Of a stretch of DNA of 38,477 nucleotides, positions 1 through 8,428 are shown piece after piece. The position numbers were made by a program, and so were the translations under genes. Source of the DNA: Candidatus Aminicenantes bacterium (GTDB lineage: Bacteria > Acidobacteriota > Aminicenantia > Aminicenantales > Aminicenantaceae); contig DAOVAM010000002.1 in assembly GCA_030671065.1 (NCBI GenBank), forward strand, positions 1 through 38,477. Reading direction: 5' to 3'. Under the pieces are notes generated by a model. That model was not told where the DNA came from. It ran no database searches and saw nothing but the letters and a program-made list of their open reading frames with translations. How positions within the stretch are numbered: position 1 is the first letter of the stretch; the number at the start of each line of letters is the position of its first letter.

Positions 1-564
1 ATGTTCATTCTCTTCACTGTGCTTATGTATGGTGGCATTAACCTCCTTGAAGAGCGCAGATTAGGTCAATTGGAAAGAATTTATTTAAGCCCCGCCTCTT
101 TCTCTTCTATCATTGGAGGCAAATGGGCAAGCCGACTTTTCCTGGGGATGCTTCAAATAACTATTATGTTTATAGCAGGCAAGATTATTTTTAAAACTTA
201 CTTAGGAAGTTCAATCTTTGCGCTCTTTCTCGTTTCGTTTTTCTTCTGCGCAACTATATCAAGCATGAGTGTCATGTTGGGAAGTATCATCAAGAAAGAA
301 GAAATTTTAATCATTATCAACATACTTTTTGCCAATCTCATGGCTGCATTGGGCGGCTGCTGGATGCCCATGGAGATTTTCCCTGAAGGAATAAAAAAAG
401 TAAGCTACATATTTCCTACTGGCTGGGCTATGGATGCTTTCCATAAATTAATCTTCTTTGGCTATGACCTCAAAGCTGTCTCTTTAAATATACTCATCCT
501 TTTCCTCTTTTCTCTGGTTTTTCTCATACTAGCCATAAAATTTTTTAAATTGAGAAAAGTCTAA
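1..564 (+). CDS. ABC-2 type transporter permease, C-terminal part (5' end lies outside the window)
   Basis: The ORF is open from the window edge. Its 187 aa are almost entirely hydrophobic, with several TM-length segments and a short basic tail (FFKLRKV). The pattern GGCWMPMEIFPEG...YIFPTGWAMDAF resembles ABC-2/YadH-type permeases. The family call is from recall only. Confidence 0.6.
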   Translation: MFILFTVLMYGGINLLEERRLGQLERIYLSPASFSSIIGGKWASRLFLGMLQITIMFIAGKIIFKTYLGSSIFALFLVSFFFCATISSMSVMLGSIIKKEEILIIINILFANLMAALGGCWMPMEIFPEGIKKVSYIFPTGWAMDAFHKLIFFGYDLKAVSLNILILFLFSLVFLILAIKFFKLRKV

Positions 565-799
565 TTGCGAATGAAAGTCCATTCTGTCCTTAGCCCGCTA
601 CTAGCTGTATCACCGACTGTGTCACCTTCCCGTCCAGTTTAATACAAACAATACAGATATTTGGAATAATACAATACACCCCAATTTTCTTTAACTCCTT
701 GATTTTTCAGTAAGTTGCTGGCTCTACTTACGTTACGAAAAAACTAAGATTTTCTTCCCAGAGGATTTTAAGTCCCTTGCGTCCATAGAAATCAAATAT

Positions 800-872
800 A
801 GACTTATCCCCGTGTAACGGATATGTAACAGATTTTGCTAAAAAACGCCCAATTACGGCTAACGGTGCTTAA
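800..872. repeat. 73-bp tRNA-distal module, left copy (inverted partner at 34473..34545)
   Basis: The reverse complement of 800..872 aligns without gaps to 34473..34545 with 66/73 identities, including a 32-nt perfect run (aattgggcgttttttagcaaaatctgttacat). It lies 52 nt beyond the 3' end of tRNA-Val. Confidence 0.9.
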
Positions 873-924
873 AAGGGAAAATATTTAAAAAGCCTATTTT
901 CCCCTGACAATGAGAGAGATTCTC

Positions 925-999
925 TGGTGGGCGGTACTGGATTCGAACCAGTGACACCCGGCGTGTAAAACCGGTACTCTACCGCTGAGCTAACCGCCC
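925..999 (-). tRNA. tRNA-Val (anticodon UAC), CCA encoded
   Basis: The reverse complement reads GGGCGGT-TA-GCTC-AGCGGTA-GAGT-A-CCGGT-TTTACAC-GCCGG-GTGTC-ACTGG-TTCGAAT-CCAGT-ACCGCCC-A-CCA. This gives a full cloverleaf with a 7-bp acceptor stem, a T-loop TTCGAAT, and anticodon loop TT-TAC-AC. Confidence 0.92.
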
Positions 1000-1035
1000 G
1001 TTTCTTCCATTTTTTTATCTAGGAAGGACTTCATT

Positions 1036-1064
1036 AAGTTAGAGAAAAGAGACTTTTTTGTCAA
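1036..1064 (-). promoter_or_regulatory. Candidate sigma70-type promoter for tRNA-Val
   Basis: The minus strand reads TTGACA (1064..1059), a 17-nt spacer, then TAACTT (1041..1036), about 35 nt upstream of the mature tRNA 5' end. The -10 element is weak. Confidence 0.3.
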
Positions 1065-1085
1065 GAAATACTCGATGGAGTCAGT

Positions 1086-2186
1086 GAGCTCGTTCAGATT
1101 GATTAGTGACACCTTAGCTAGGTTAAAATGGTGTTACTATGAGTATAAGAGCAACAAGCACATATGGAGCTATCTTTCCGGGCTCTCAATATCTTTCATC
1201 TTTAGTACGACAAGGAACGATATCAAAGGAAGCGGCCAAACGACTGCGCTGGATGGAACACTATGATCGATACCACAACGCTCGACTGACATGTCGCTAT
1301 TATGGCATTTCGCCTCAGACTTTTTATCGTTGGAAAAACCGTTACGATCCTTATGATCTTAAGACATTGGAATCGGGCTCTCACAGGCCATATAAGGTCC
1401 GTCGGCCCGAGACTCCAGTTAAGGTAGTAGAGAGGATCCAGAAGCTTCGAGAGCAGTATCCAAGATGGGGTAAAGATAAATTGGCCGTGTTGCTCAGGAA
1501 GGAAGGCCTAGAGGTCTCGGCCTCAACAGTGGGGCGAGTGATGAACCGGTTGAAGGCCAGGGGGCTTTTAAGAGAGCCTGAGAATGTGCGTTTGGCAAAG
1601 CTGGCTCGAAAGAGACGGCGCAAGCCCCGTTATGCAGTACGGATGCCGAAAGGTTATACGATTAACTCTCCAGGAGATCTGGTTCAAATGGATACGCTAA
1701 AGCTGCAACTGATGTCTAACGATGTCAGGTATCATTTTAGTGCCCGAGATTTGGTGAGCCGTTGGGACGGTGCTCGGGCCTTCAGGCGACAGACGAGTTT
1801 TGCCGCAGCACGCTTTTTAGAGTATTTGGAGACCAAGTTTCCCTTTAAAATCAAAGCCATCCAGATCGATGGAGGATCAGAGTTTAAGAAGGACTTTGAA
1901 GAAGCTGTCCAAGATCGCCAGATATTGCTTTTTGTCATACCTCCTCGATCACCAAAATTAAACGGCTATGTGGAACGAGCAAACCGAATGTATCGGGAGG
2001 AATTTTATGAAGTGGAAACGATAGGGCACACGATGGAAGAGCATAATAAACAGCTTGAGAGATGGGAGCATACGTACAATCACGTTCGACCTCATCAATC
2101 TCTTGATTATCTTACACCAGCTGAATATCATAAGCTCTGGCTGGAATCTCAAAACTCTAAGCGTCACTAATCATATGAACGAGTAC
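1086..2186 (+). mobile_element. Insertion sequence, IS481-family-like, apparently intact (1101 bp)
   Basis: IR-L at 1086..1110 is gagctcgttcagattgattagtgac. The reverse complement of IR-R at 2163..2186 is gtactcgttcatatgattagtgac (about 20 matches with one 1-nt indel). A single transposase ORF fills the element and its stop codon lies inside IR-R. A 7-bp direct repeat AGTCAGT sits immediately outside both ends (1079..1085 and 2187..2193). Confidence 0.8.
1139..2170 (+). CDS. DDE transposase / integrase-core (rve) protein with N-terminal HTH, IS481-like
   Basis: 343 aa. The N-terminal HTH region reads ARLTCRYYGISPQTFYRWKNRY. The rve-type core has spaced acidic residues (LVQMDT..., IQIDGGSEF..., NGYVERANR) and the typical C-terminal YNHVRPHQSL motif. 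Confidence 0.88.
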   Translation: MSIRATSTYGAIFPGSQYLSSLVRQGTISKEAAKRLRWMEHYDRYHNARLTCRYYGISPQTFYRWKNRYDPYDLKTLESGSHRPYKVRRPETPVKVVERIQKLREQYPRWGKDKLAVLLRKEGLEVSASTVGRVMNRLKARGLLREPENVRLAKLARKRRRKPRYAVRMPKGYTINSPGDLVQMDTLKLQLMSNDVRYHFSARDLVSRWDGARAFRRQTSFAAARFLEYLETKFPFKIKAIQIDGGSEFKKDFEEAVQDRQILLFVIPPRSPKLNGYVERANRMYREEFYEVETIGHTMEEHNKQLERWEHTYNHVRPHQSLDYLTPAEYHKLWLESQNSKRH

Positions 2187-2192
2187 AGTCAG

Positions 2193-2221
2193 TTGACATA
2201 AAAATAGTCATATGCTAAAGT
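2193..2221 (+). promoter_or_regulatory. rplU operon promoter (extended -10 type)
   Basis: TTGACA (2193..2198), a 17-nt spacer ending in TGC, then TAAAGT (2216..2221), 41 nt upstream of the rplU ATG. A GAGG Shine-Dalgarno lies about 9 nt before the ATG. The first T of the -35 element is the last base of the IS target duplication. Confidence 0.55.
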
Positions 2222-2261
2222 TAGAATCCCCAAATTTTGCATAAGAATAGAGGTAGAGAAG

Positions 2262-2858
2262 ATGTTTGCTGTTATTGAAACAGGCGGAAAACAGTACAGA
2301 GTCCAGAAAGGCGATGTGCTTGCCGTTGAAAAACTCGAGATAAAGGAAGGCCAGAAAGTCACTTTTGACAAGGTTCTTCTGATCGATGAGGAAGGAAAGA
2401 CGTTGATCGGGATGCCGCATGTCAAAAATGCTCTAGTCAAAGCTGAGGTTGTTGAGAATTTCAAGGACAAGAAAGTTATCGTTTTCAAGAAGAAAAGAAG
2501 GAAACAGTACAAGAAAAAAAGAGGGCATCGCCAGGAGCTCACCAGAGTAAAGATCGAACAGATTGTTTCAAGCCTCAAAGCGGCCCCTAAGAAACCAGCC
2601 GAAGAGGTCAAAAAGGAAGCCCAAAAACCTGCTGCGGAAGTAAAGAAAGTTGTGAGTGCACCAAAAACAAAAGAAGTGAAAAAAGAAGCTCCAAAAAAAG
2701 AGGAGAAGGAAGCTCAGGCCAAGAAGGTATCCAAAGCTCCAGGAAAACCCGCAGCAGCTAAGGCGGAGAAGCCAAAAGTCAAAGCCACAGAAAAAAAGAA
2801 ACCTGCTGTGAAGGCCACAGCCAAGGCCAAGACAAAAACAAAAAAGAAGGAGAAATAG
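2262..2858 (+). CDS. rplU: 50S ribosomal protein L21 with a 96-aa Lys/Ala/Pro/Glu-rich C-terminal extension
   Basis: The N-terminus [18 protein letters not shown]... and the GHRQ motif are canonical L21. It sits directly upstream of rpmA. Residues 103-198 form a low-complexity basic tail. Confidence 0.95.
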   Translation: MFAVIETGGKQYRVQKGDVLAVEKLEIKEGQKVTFDKVLLIDEEGKTLIGMPHVKNALVKAEVVENFKDKKVIVFKKKRRKQYKKKRGHRQELTRVKIEQIVSSLKAAPKKPAEEVKKEAQKPAAEVKKVVSAPKTKEVKKEAPKKEEKEAQAKKVSKAPGKPAAAKAEKPKVKATEKKKPAVKATAKAKTKTKKKEK

Positions 2859-2859
2859 A

Positions 2860-3114
2860 ATGGCGCATAAAAAATCAGGTGGAAGCGCAAAAAATGGAAG
2901 AGATAGCCATTCCAAGAGGCTGGGAGTCAAACGGTTTGCTGGACAGTTTGTTACAGCAGGTTCTATCCTTGTGCGCCAGAGAGGCACGCCGTTTAAACCT
3001 GGAATGAACGTGGGAAGAGGGAGGGATGATACACTCTTTGCCAAGACCACAGGGACGGTCCTTTTTGAGAAAAAGGGAAAAAAGGCCAAGTTTGTTTCTG
3101 TGATCCCTGCCTAG
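2860..3114 (+). CDS. rpmA: 50S ribosomal protein L27
   Basis: [24 protein letters not shown]... is the canonical L27 N-terminus. The ORF is 84 aa and starts 2 nt after the rplU stop. Confidence 0.96.
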   Translation: MAHKKSGGSAKNGRDSHSKRLGVKRFAGQFVTAGSILVRQRGTPFKPGMNVGRGRDDTLFAKTTGTVLFEKKGKKAKFVSVIPA

Positions 3115-3135
3115 GAGGTTCTTGCTCCGCATAAT

Positions 3136-4152
3136 ATGTTCGTTGACCAGGTCAAAGCAACCCTTCGTGCAGGTAAAGGCGGAAACGGTTGTGTGAGTTT
3201 TCGGAGGGAAAGGGGAGTTCCTCGAGGCGGTCCTGACGGCGGCCGAGGAGGAGACGGGGGAAGCATTTATCTCATTTCAGACGAAAACCTCCATACGCTT
3301 GCTTATTTTCGGTTTCACCCCATAAATAATGCCCGAAAAGGAGCCCATGGAGAGGGCGGGAACCGCCAGGGAAAAAGAGGAAAAGACCTGAGTTTGCGGG
3401 TTCCGGTCGGGACCACGGTCAAAGAAAAGGATGGGGACGCTATTCTTTTTGATTTTGTATCTCCGGACCAAAAATTCTTGATCGTTAAAGGTGGAAAAGG
3501 GGGGAGAGGCAATGCTTCTTTTGCTTCGTCGATCCATCGAGCACCCAGAGAGTGGAAAGAAGGCCAGGAAGGGAAAGAGAAGGAGTTCATCCTTGAGCTC
3601 AAATTGATTGCGGATGTCGGACTTGTCGGATTCCCGAATGTGGGAAAGTCCACTCTGATATCCAGAATTTCCGCAGCCAGGCCTGCCATTGCCGATTACC
3701 CTTTCACAACATTGATTCCCAATTTAGGAGTTGTGGATGTGGATGAACTGCGGAGTTTCGTCATCGCTGATATACCCGGATTGATAGATGGAGCACATCT
3801 TGGCCACGGCCTGGGCACTCAATTCCTGAAGCATGTGGAACGAACAAAAATATTACTTCACCTGATCGATATTTCCCCTTATACAGAGAGGGATCCTGTT
3901 CAGGATTTTAAGATCGTCATGAGAGAACTTGAAGCATTCAGTCCGAAATTGATCAAAAGGCATCAGATTTTTGCTGTGAACAAGATAGATCTTCTCAAAG
4001 GGAAAAAGAATGGATTAGAGGAAATGAAAAAACTTGCCCGGAAAGAAGGGATGCCTTTTTTCGCCATCTCAGCGCTTAAAAAAGAAGGATTAGGAAAGCT
4101 GGTAGAAGAAATGGCAAATACACTGGACAAAATAAAGGAAAAATCAGAGTAA
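3136..4152 (+). CDS. obg: GTPase Obg/CgtA
   Basis: Glycine-rich Obg fold (GGNGCVSFRRE, GGDGG, GGKGGRGN), G1 GFPNVGKST, G3 DIPGLI and G4 NKID. It follows rplU-rpmA in the conserved order. Confidence 0.95.
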   Translation: MFVDQVKATLRAGKGGNGCVSFRRERGVPRGGPDGGRGGDGGSIYLISDENLHTLAYFRFHPINNARKGAHGEGGNRQGKRGKDLSLRVPVGTTVKEKDGDAILFDFVSPDQKFLIVKGGKGGRGNASFASSIHRAPREWKEGQEGKEKEFILELKLIADVGLVGFPNVGKSTLISRISAARPAIADYPFTTLIPNLGVVDVDELRSFVIADIPGLIDGAHLGHGLGTQFLKHVERTKILLHLIDISPYTERDPVQDFKIVMRELEAFSPKLIKRHQIFAVNKIDLLKGKKNGLEEMKKLARKEGMPFFAISALKKEGLGKLVEEMANTLDKIKEKSE

Positions 4153-4156
4153 GTTC

Positions 4157-4816
4157 ATGAAAGAGGAGAGAATCGGGCTCTTTGGTGGCACGTTTAATCC
4201 TATCCATTCAGGGCACTTGAGAGCAGCGGAAATTGTCCAAAAGAGGTTGCTCCTGGATAAAATTCTTTTCATTCCTTCGTATATTCCTCCTCATAAAGAC
4301 TCTGTTGAGATCACTTCTCCTGCCCATCGCCTGAAGATGGTCGAGTTGGCTCTTCGTTCCTATCCTCATTTTGCCCCCTCTTCTATAGAGGTCGATGCGA
4401 AAGAGAAATCCTATTCGATCATAACATTGGGAAAGATAAAAAAACTTTATCCGAAGGCGAAAACATTCTTTGTTCTCGGTGTCGATGCCTTTTTAGAAAT
4501 CGACACCTGGAAAAATCATGAGAATGTCCTTGAACAGTGTTTTTTTGTGGTTATCAGCCGGCCAGGATTTCAATTGATAGATGCCGAGACGGCATTCAGT
4601 GGAATGCATCGAGAAAAAATGCTCGAACTTCCTGAACCTGAAATCATAAATGATGATGCGCTTCTCAAGTTCAGAATTTTTCTTATGCCGATTGATGCTT
4701 TAAATATTGCATCGACGGACATTCGCAAAAAGCTCAGAAGAGGCGAATCTGTTAAGACGATGGTTCCGGATGTGGTAGTATCCTATATTAAGGAAAATAA
4801 TCTTTATCAGAGTTAA
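4157..4816 (+). CDS. nadD: Nicotinate-nucleotide adenylyltransferase
   Basis: GLFGGTFNPIHSGH ((H/T)xGH motif) and a C-terminal IASTDIR (ISSTxxR-type) motif. 219 aa. Confidence 0.9.
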   Translation: MKEERIGLFGGTFNPIHSGHLRAAEIVQKRLLLDKILFIPSYIPPHKDSVEITSPAHRLKMVELALRSYPHFAPSSIEVDAKEKSYSIITLGKIKKLYPKAKTFFVLGVDAFLEIDTWKNHENVLEQCFFVVISRPGFQLIDAETAFSGMHREKMLELPEPEIINDDALLKFRIFLMPIDALNIASTDIRKKLRRGESVKTMVPDVVVSYIKENNLYQS

Positions 4817-4819
4817 ATC

Positions 4820-5194
4820 ATGACAGATGAAAAGCCAAAAAAAAGAATGACCAAGAGGAGTTTGCCCTCTGATGTGAAAACTTCGATCAAAGCCAGCCTC
4901 GCAAAAAAAGGCGAGGAGCTTGTTGTACTGGATTTGAGAGGAATCGCGTCCTTCACGGATTTCTTCATCATCACGCATGGCAATTCTTCAAGGCAGAATA
5001 AGGCCATCTACGAGAATATCGAGATGGAATTGAAGAAAGAAAATATCAAGCCCTTGAGCATTGAGGGCAGAGAGCGCGCGGATTGGATTTTAATGGATTT
5101 TGGAAGCTTCATTGTACATGTCTTTTCCAGAGAGGCGCGTGAGTACTATTCTTTGGAAAAATTATGGGGGGATGCTCCTAAACACGCCTATTGA
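4820..5194 (+). CDS. rsfS: Ribosome silencing factor RsfS
   Basis: 124 aa with the motif LDLRGIASFTDFFIITHGNSSRQ typical of the RsfS/iojap family. It follows nadD, as in many bacteria. Confidence 0.85.
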   Translation: MTDEKPKKRMTKRSLPSDVKTSIKASLAKKGEELVVLDLRGIASFTDFFIITHGNSSRQNKAIYENIEMELKKENIKPLSIEGRERADWILMDFGSFIVHVFSREAREYYSLEKLWGDAPKHAY

Positions 5195-5223
5195 TCCTCA
5201 TTTTTACTCTTTTTAAAAAAATA

Positions 5224-5252
5224 TTGACATTTTAATTTTTAATCATTATTGT
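5224..5252 (+). promoter_or_regulatory. Candidate promoter for rlmH
   Basis: TTGACA (5224..5229), a 17-nt spacer, then TATTGT (5247..5252), inside the 123-bp AT-rich gap between rsfS and rlmH. Confidence 0.4.
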
Positions 5253-5317
5253 TTATGGACAATTTTTTTGAGAGATCGATTGCATTTAGATAAATGGGAT
5301 GGATTCAGTAGCATTGC

Positions 5318-5785
5318 ATGAGAATAAGAATCTTATGGCCGGGAAAAACGCGCAACAGAGATATCAGAAATCTGCAGGCGTTCTATTTGGAGCGGATCAA
5401 CCAGATAGAGAACGTCGAGGTTGTCGAAACAAAAGCAGCCAAAGGTATTCCCGAAAAATTCGCCCAGAAAATCAAAAAAATCGAGGCATTAGAGCTTGAA
5501 AAACACTTTAAAAATGATTATATTATTTGCCTCTATCATGAGGGTAGAGAGATGAGTTCTGACGAATTTGCTCGATTTGTGAAGAAGATTTCTTCAAGTT
5601 CAGCCCGAGCCATCACTTTTGTTGTTGGAGGATTTCTGGGATTAGAGGATAGGATTCTGAAGAGAGCAGACGCTCTTCTCTCTTTTTCTCAAATGACTTT
5701 TTCTCATGAGTTGAGTCGTATCATGCTTCTGGAGCAGATATACCGATCCTTAATGGTCATTAAGGGAAGACAATATGCTAAATAG
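5318..5785 (+). CDS. rlmH: 23S rRNA (pseudouridine1915-N3)-methyltransferase RlmH (SPOUT)
   Basis: 155 aa. It starts MRIRILWPGKTR and carries the C-terminal SPOUT knot motifs FVVGGFLGL and MTFSHEL. Confidence 0.9.
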   Translation: MRIRILWPGKTRNRDIRNLQAFYLERINQIENVEVVETKAAKGIPEKFAQKIKKIEALELEKHFKNDYIICLYHEGREMSSDEFARFVKKISSSSARAITFVVGGFLGLEDRILKRADALLSFSQMTFSHELSRIMLLEQIYRSLMVIKGRQYAK

Positions 5786-5794
5786 GGGGGAATT

Positions 5795-6148
5795 TTGAAT
5801 AAAGCCGAAAGAGAGAAATACAAAAAAAAATTAATGGTGAAAAAGGACGAGATAACCGCCATACTGAGCGAAGCCTACAGCGAGAGCAAAGAAATTGAGA
5901 CGGGGATTGCCCAGGATCTCGCCGATAAGGCAGAAAGTTCTTACACCAAAGAATTCCTGTTGAGCCTTTCTAATACTGAACGGAAGCAGTTACTCCTGAT
6001 AGATGAAGCCTTGAACAGGATTGACAAGGATGAATATGGAATCTGCCAGAGGTGTCAGAAAAACATCAATAAAAAAAGACTGGATGCCGTTTCCTGGGCC
6101 CCTCACTGCATCGAGTGCCAGGAAAAGGAGGAAGAAGAAGAATCTTGA
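5795..6148 (+). CDS. DksA/TraR-family C4 zinc-finger protein
   Basis: 117 aa with a TTG start. A coiled-coil N-terminal half is followed by CQRCQ-N17-CIECQ (CxxC-N17-CxxC). Confidence 0.8.
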   Translation: MNKAEREKYKKKLMVKKDEITAILSEAYSESKEIETGIAQDLADKAESSYTKEFLLSLSNTERKQLLLIDEALNRIDKDEYGICQRCQKNINKKRLDAVSWAPHCIECQEKEEEEES

Positions 6149-6888
6149 TATCTTCTCTCCGGAAGAAAATTTCCTCATTATCCAAATTAGCTGAGCTCAT
6201 TCTTTTCCCTTCCTTTTGTGAGCTGTGCTCTTCCTTGCTGGAGCTTCCTGAGGAGAGAATCATCTGCCGTTCCTGCTGGGAAAGCATGATTCCCTATTCC
6301 TTATCTTACTGTTTGTGCTGTGGTCACTTCTTTGAGGGGAGTGTCGAGCCTCACCTCTGCCAGGAATGCACAGCAGCCAGACCTCCCTTCACGTACCATC
6401 GTTCTTACGGCCGATACAGGGGAAAACTGAAAGATGCGATCCTTCTGTACAAATACCGCTGTTTCCAAGTTCTGGGTGGTAATTTTGCGCATCTCATTTT
6501 ACGAACTCTTGGAAAAGAAGAAAATATCTGGTGGGAAGCAGACGTTATCATCCCCGTGCCTCTTCATCCCAAAAGGAAAAAAATGCGCGGTTTTAATCAG
6601 GCAAAGGTCATTGCCGGAGAGTTGGCCAGGCTCAGAGGAATAAAACTGGAAGAGGGCGTATTGGCAAAAGTGAAGAATGTGCCTCCTCAGACTTTGCTCG
6701 AGATGGATGAGAGGGAAGAGAATGTCTCTGGAGCATTCCGTGTTGTGGATGAGGATAGGATAAGAGGAAAGACCATCATTCTTGTGGACGATGTTTATAC
6801 AACTGGCTCTACTGTCAAAGAATGCAGCTCAGTGTTGAGAAAGGCAGGAGCTAAGGAAATCAGAGCCATAACAGTGGCTCAAGCCTGA
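6115..6888 (+). CDS. ComF-family phosphoribosyltransferase-fold protein
   Basis: N-terminal Cys clusters (CELC...CRSC, CLCC...CQEC) and the PRT motif ILVDDVYTTGST. The longest ORF starts at GTG 6115. An alternative TTG at 6145 overlaps the upstream TGA (TTGA) and lies downstream of AAGGAGG at 6124..6130. Confidence 0.8.
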   Translation: MPGKGGRRRILISSLRKKISSLSKLAELILFPSFCELCSSLLELPEERIICRSCWESMIPYSLSYCLCCGHFFEGSVEPHLCQECTAARPPFTYHRSYGRYRGKLKDAILLYKYRCFQVLGGNFAHLILRTLGKEENIWWEADVIIPVPLHPKRKKMRGFNQAKVIAGELARLRGIKLEEGVLAKVKNVPPQTLLEMDEREENVSGAFRVVDEDRIRGKTIILVDDVYTTGSTVKECSSVLRKAGAKEIRAITVAQA

Positions 6889-6907
6889 ATCTATATGGGG
6901 ACGTTCC

Positions 6908-7612
6908 CTAATGCTCAGATCCTTTGATGAGCACTGTGGCTTCGCCCTTTAACTCCTTTTTTTTCAGCTTATTAACAAGTTCTTCCGCTGTTCCTCTGAT
7001 GAATTCCTCATGAACTTTCGTCATCTCTCTTGCGATAACGATCTCTCTGTTTCCTATGGTTTCCAGGGCAGTCTGGAGAAAAAAAAGAAGTCTTCGGGTG
7101 GGGAGATAGAAGACAAGTGTTGATTTTTTAGCCTTTACGGAGGAAAGAAGCTTTCTTGTGGCCTCTTTTTTAGGGGGAGGAAAGCCGAGAAACAGGAATC
7201 TGTGGGTTGGAAGTCCAGCTGCAGAGAGGGCTGCAGTCAATGCAGAGGCGCCGGGAACAGGAATAATTCGTATCTTCTGCGCAAGAGCTTCTCTGATAAG
7301 AGGATAGCCTGGGTCAGATATACCCGGGGTTCCTGCGTCTGTGACCAGGGCCACATCTTTTCCCTTTTTGATTTGATTCATGATTTGAGGAATTTTCTGG
7401 TCTTCTCTGGGATGATAATAGCTTATGAGAGTTTTTTTTATGCTGTATTTAGTCAGGAGCTTTCTTGTGTGACGGGTATCCTCACAGGCTATGAGGGATA
7501 CCTCTTTAAGGATCCTCAACGCCCTGAATGTCAGGTCCTCGAGATTTCCTATCGGGGTTGCGACCACATACAGGATTCCTGAGGGTTTGCTTCCTGGGCT
7601 TTCCCCTTGCAT
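6908..7612 (-). CDS. rsmI: 16S rRNA (cytidine1402-2'-O)-methyltransferase RsmI
   Basis: LYVVATPIGNLEDLTFRALRIL...ACEDTRHTRKLL and GTPGISDPG, the tetrapyrrole-methylase-fold RsmI signature. Confidence 0.9.
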   Translation of the reverse strand: MQGESPGSKPSGILYVVATPIGNLEDLTFRALRILKEVSLIACEDTRHTRKLLTKYSIKKTLISYYHPREDQKIPQIMNQIKKGKDVALVTDAGTPGISDPGYPLIREALAQKIRIIPVPGASALTAALSAAGLPTHRFLFLGFPPPKKEATRKLLSSVKAKKSTLVFYLPTRRLLFFLQTALETIGNREIVIAREMTKVHEEFIRGTAEELVNKLKKKELKGEATVLIKGSEH

Positions 7613-7615
7613 GGC

Positions 7616-8428
7616 TCATCTGTCCCAATCGTAAGGATAGAGGAAGTCATGGCCGATGGTTCGGGACGATATTTTGGGTATGGGAGGAAGTTTTCTTTTG
7701 AATTCAGAATTTTTCATCAGCCGGATAATTTTATCGATGGCTTCAGTCTTGAATCCTGAGGCGATGATGTCTTTTTTGGGCATCCTCTTGTCAACCAGTA
7801 AAAAGAGAATTTGGTCAATATCGTCGTAATTGAGGCCGAGCTCCTTTTCGTCTGTCTGGCCCTCCCAGAGACCGGCAGAAGGTGATTTTTTCATGATTTT
7901 ATCAGGCACTCCCAGGTGGAGTGCAAGCTGTCTGATTTGAGTTTTGTACAGGTCACCTAAAGGATTAATCGCACAGGCCATATCCCCATGGATTGTTCCG
8001 TAACCCAGCAGAAGTTCAGTTTTGTTACTTGTTCCTAAGATCAGGGCTTTTTCCCTGGAAGAATGGTCATACAGGATGGACATCCTCTCCCTGGCCATCT
8101 TGTTGCCCATTTCGATCCTGTTTTTGGTCGGAAATCTTGAGTAATACGCATCGACCATGGGTGAGATGTCAATTGTTCTTGATTTTAAACCCAAACGCCG
8201 ACTTGTTTCCTGAGCATCCTTCACATCCTCGCTGAAAGATTTTCCGTAGGGCAGGATAAGGGCGATAGTGTTTGTGGATTTCAACGCCTTTGAAACGAGA
8301 AAGGCGCAAACAGTTGAATCCAGACCACCGGATAGACCAAAGATTCCTTTTTTAAAGTTGAATTTGTTGAGTTCTTCCTTGATGAATGCGGTGAGAACTT
8401 TTTCTACAAAAGGCTCGTTAATCTTCAT
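7616..8428 (-). CDS. nadE: NAD+ synthetase, synthetase (ATP-pyrophosphatase) subunit
   Basis: SGGLDS P-loop (GLSGGLDSTV). I prefer the start at ATG 8428 (MKINEPFVEKVL...), which matches family N-termini. The ORF stays open upstream to 8521. The ATG overlaps the last 11 nt of the upstream CN-hydrolase gene. Confidence 0.85.
   Translation of the reverse strand: MKINEPFVEKVLTAFIKEELNKFNFKKGIFGLSGGLDSTVCAFLVSKALKSTNTIALILPYGKSFSEDVKDAQETSRRLGLKSRTIDISPMVDAYYSRFPTKNRIEMGNKMARERMSILYDHSSREKALILGTSNKTELLLGYGTIHGDMACAINPLGDLYKTQIRQLALHLGVPDKIMKKSPSAGLWEGQTDEKELGLNYDDIDQILFLLVDKRMPKKDIIASGFKTEAIDKIIRLMKNSEFKRKLPPIPKISSRTIGHDFLYPYDWDR

Noticed and set aside
605-626. Direct repeats ctgtatcacc / ctgtgtcacc 12 nt apart, and a GGAAGG-containing stretch that briefly suggested an SRP-RNA helix 8 or integrase arm sites.
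   Set aside because: The SRP domain IV consensus (GGUCC-GGAA-GGAAGCAGCC context) is not present. Two 10-mers with a mismatch are too little to call a binding array.
1075-1266. A 63-aa ORF at the left end of the IS, overlapping the transposase start.
   Set aside because: It starts outside IR-L and overlaps the transposase in another frame. IS481-type elements encode a single ORF, and nothing supports a second one here.
2189-3132. Minus-strand ORFs of 140, 173 and 85 aa (2189..2611, 2568..3089, 2875..3132) opposite rplU/rpmA.
   Set aside because: They are shadow frames of highly conserved ribosomal protein genes. The 173-aa frame is simply the complement of the AAG/GAA-rich L21 tail (a Phe/Leu-rich product). 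None has a Shine-Dalgarno or a recognisable motif.
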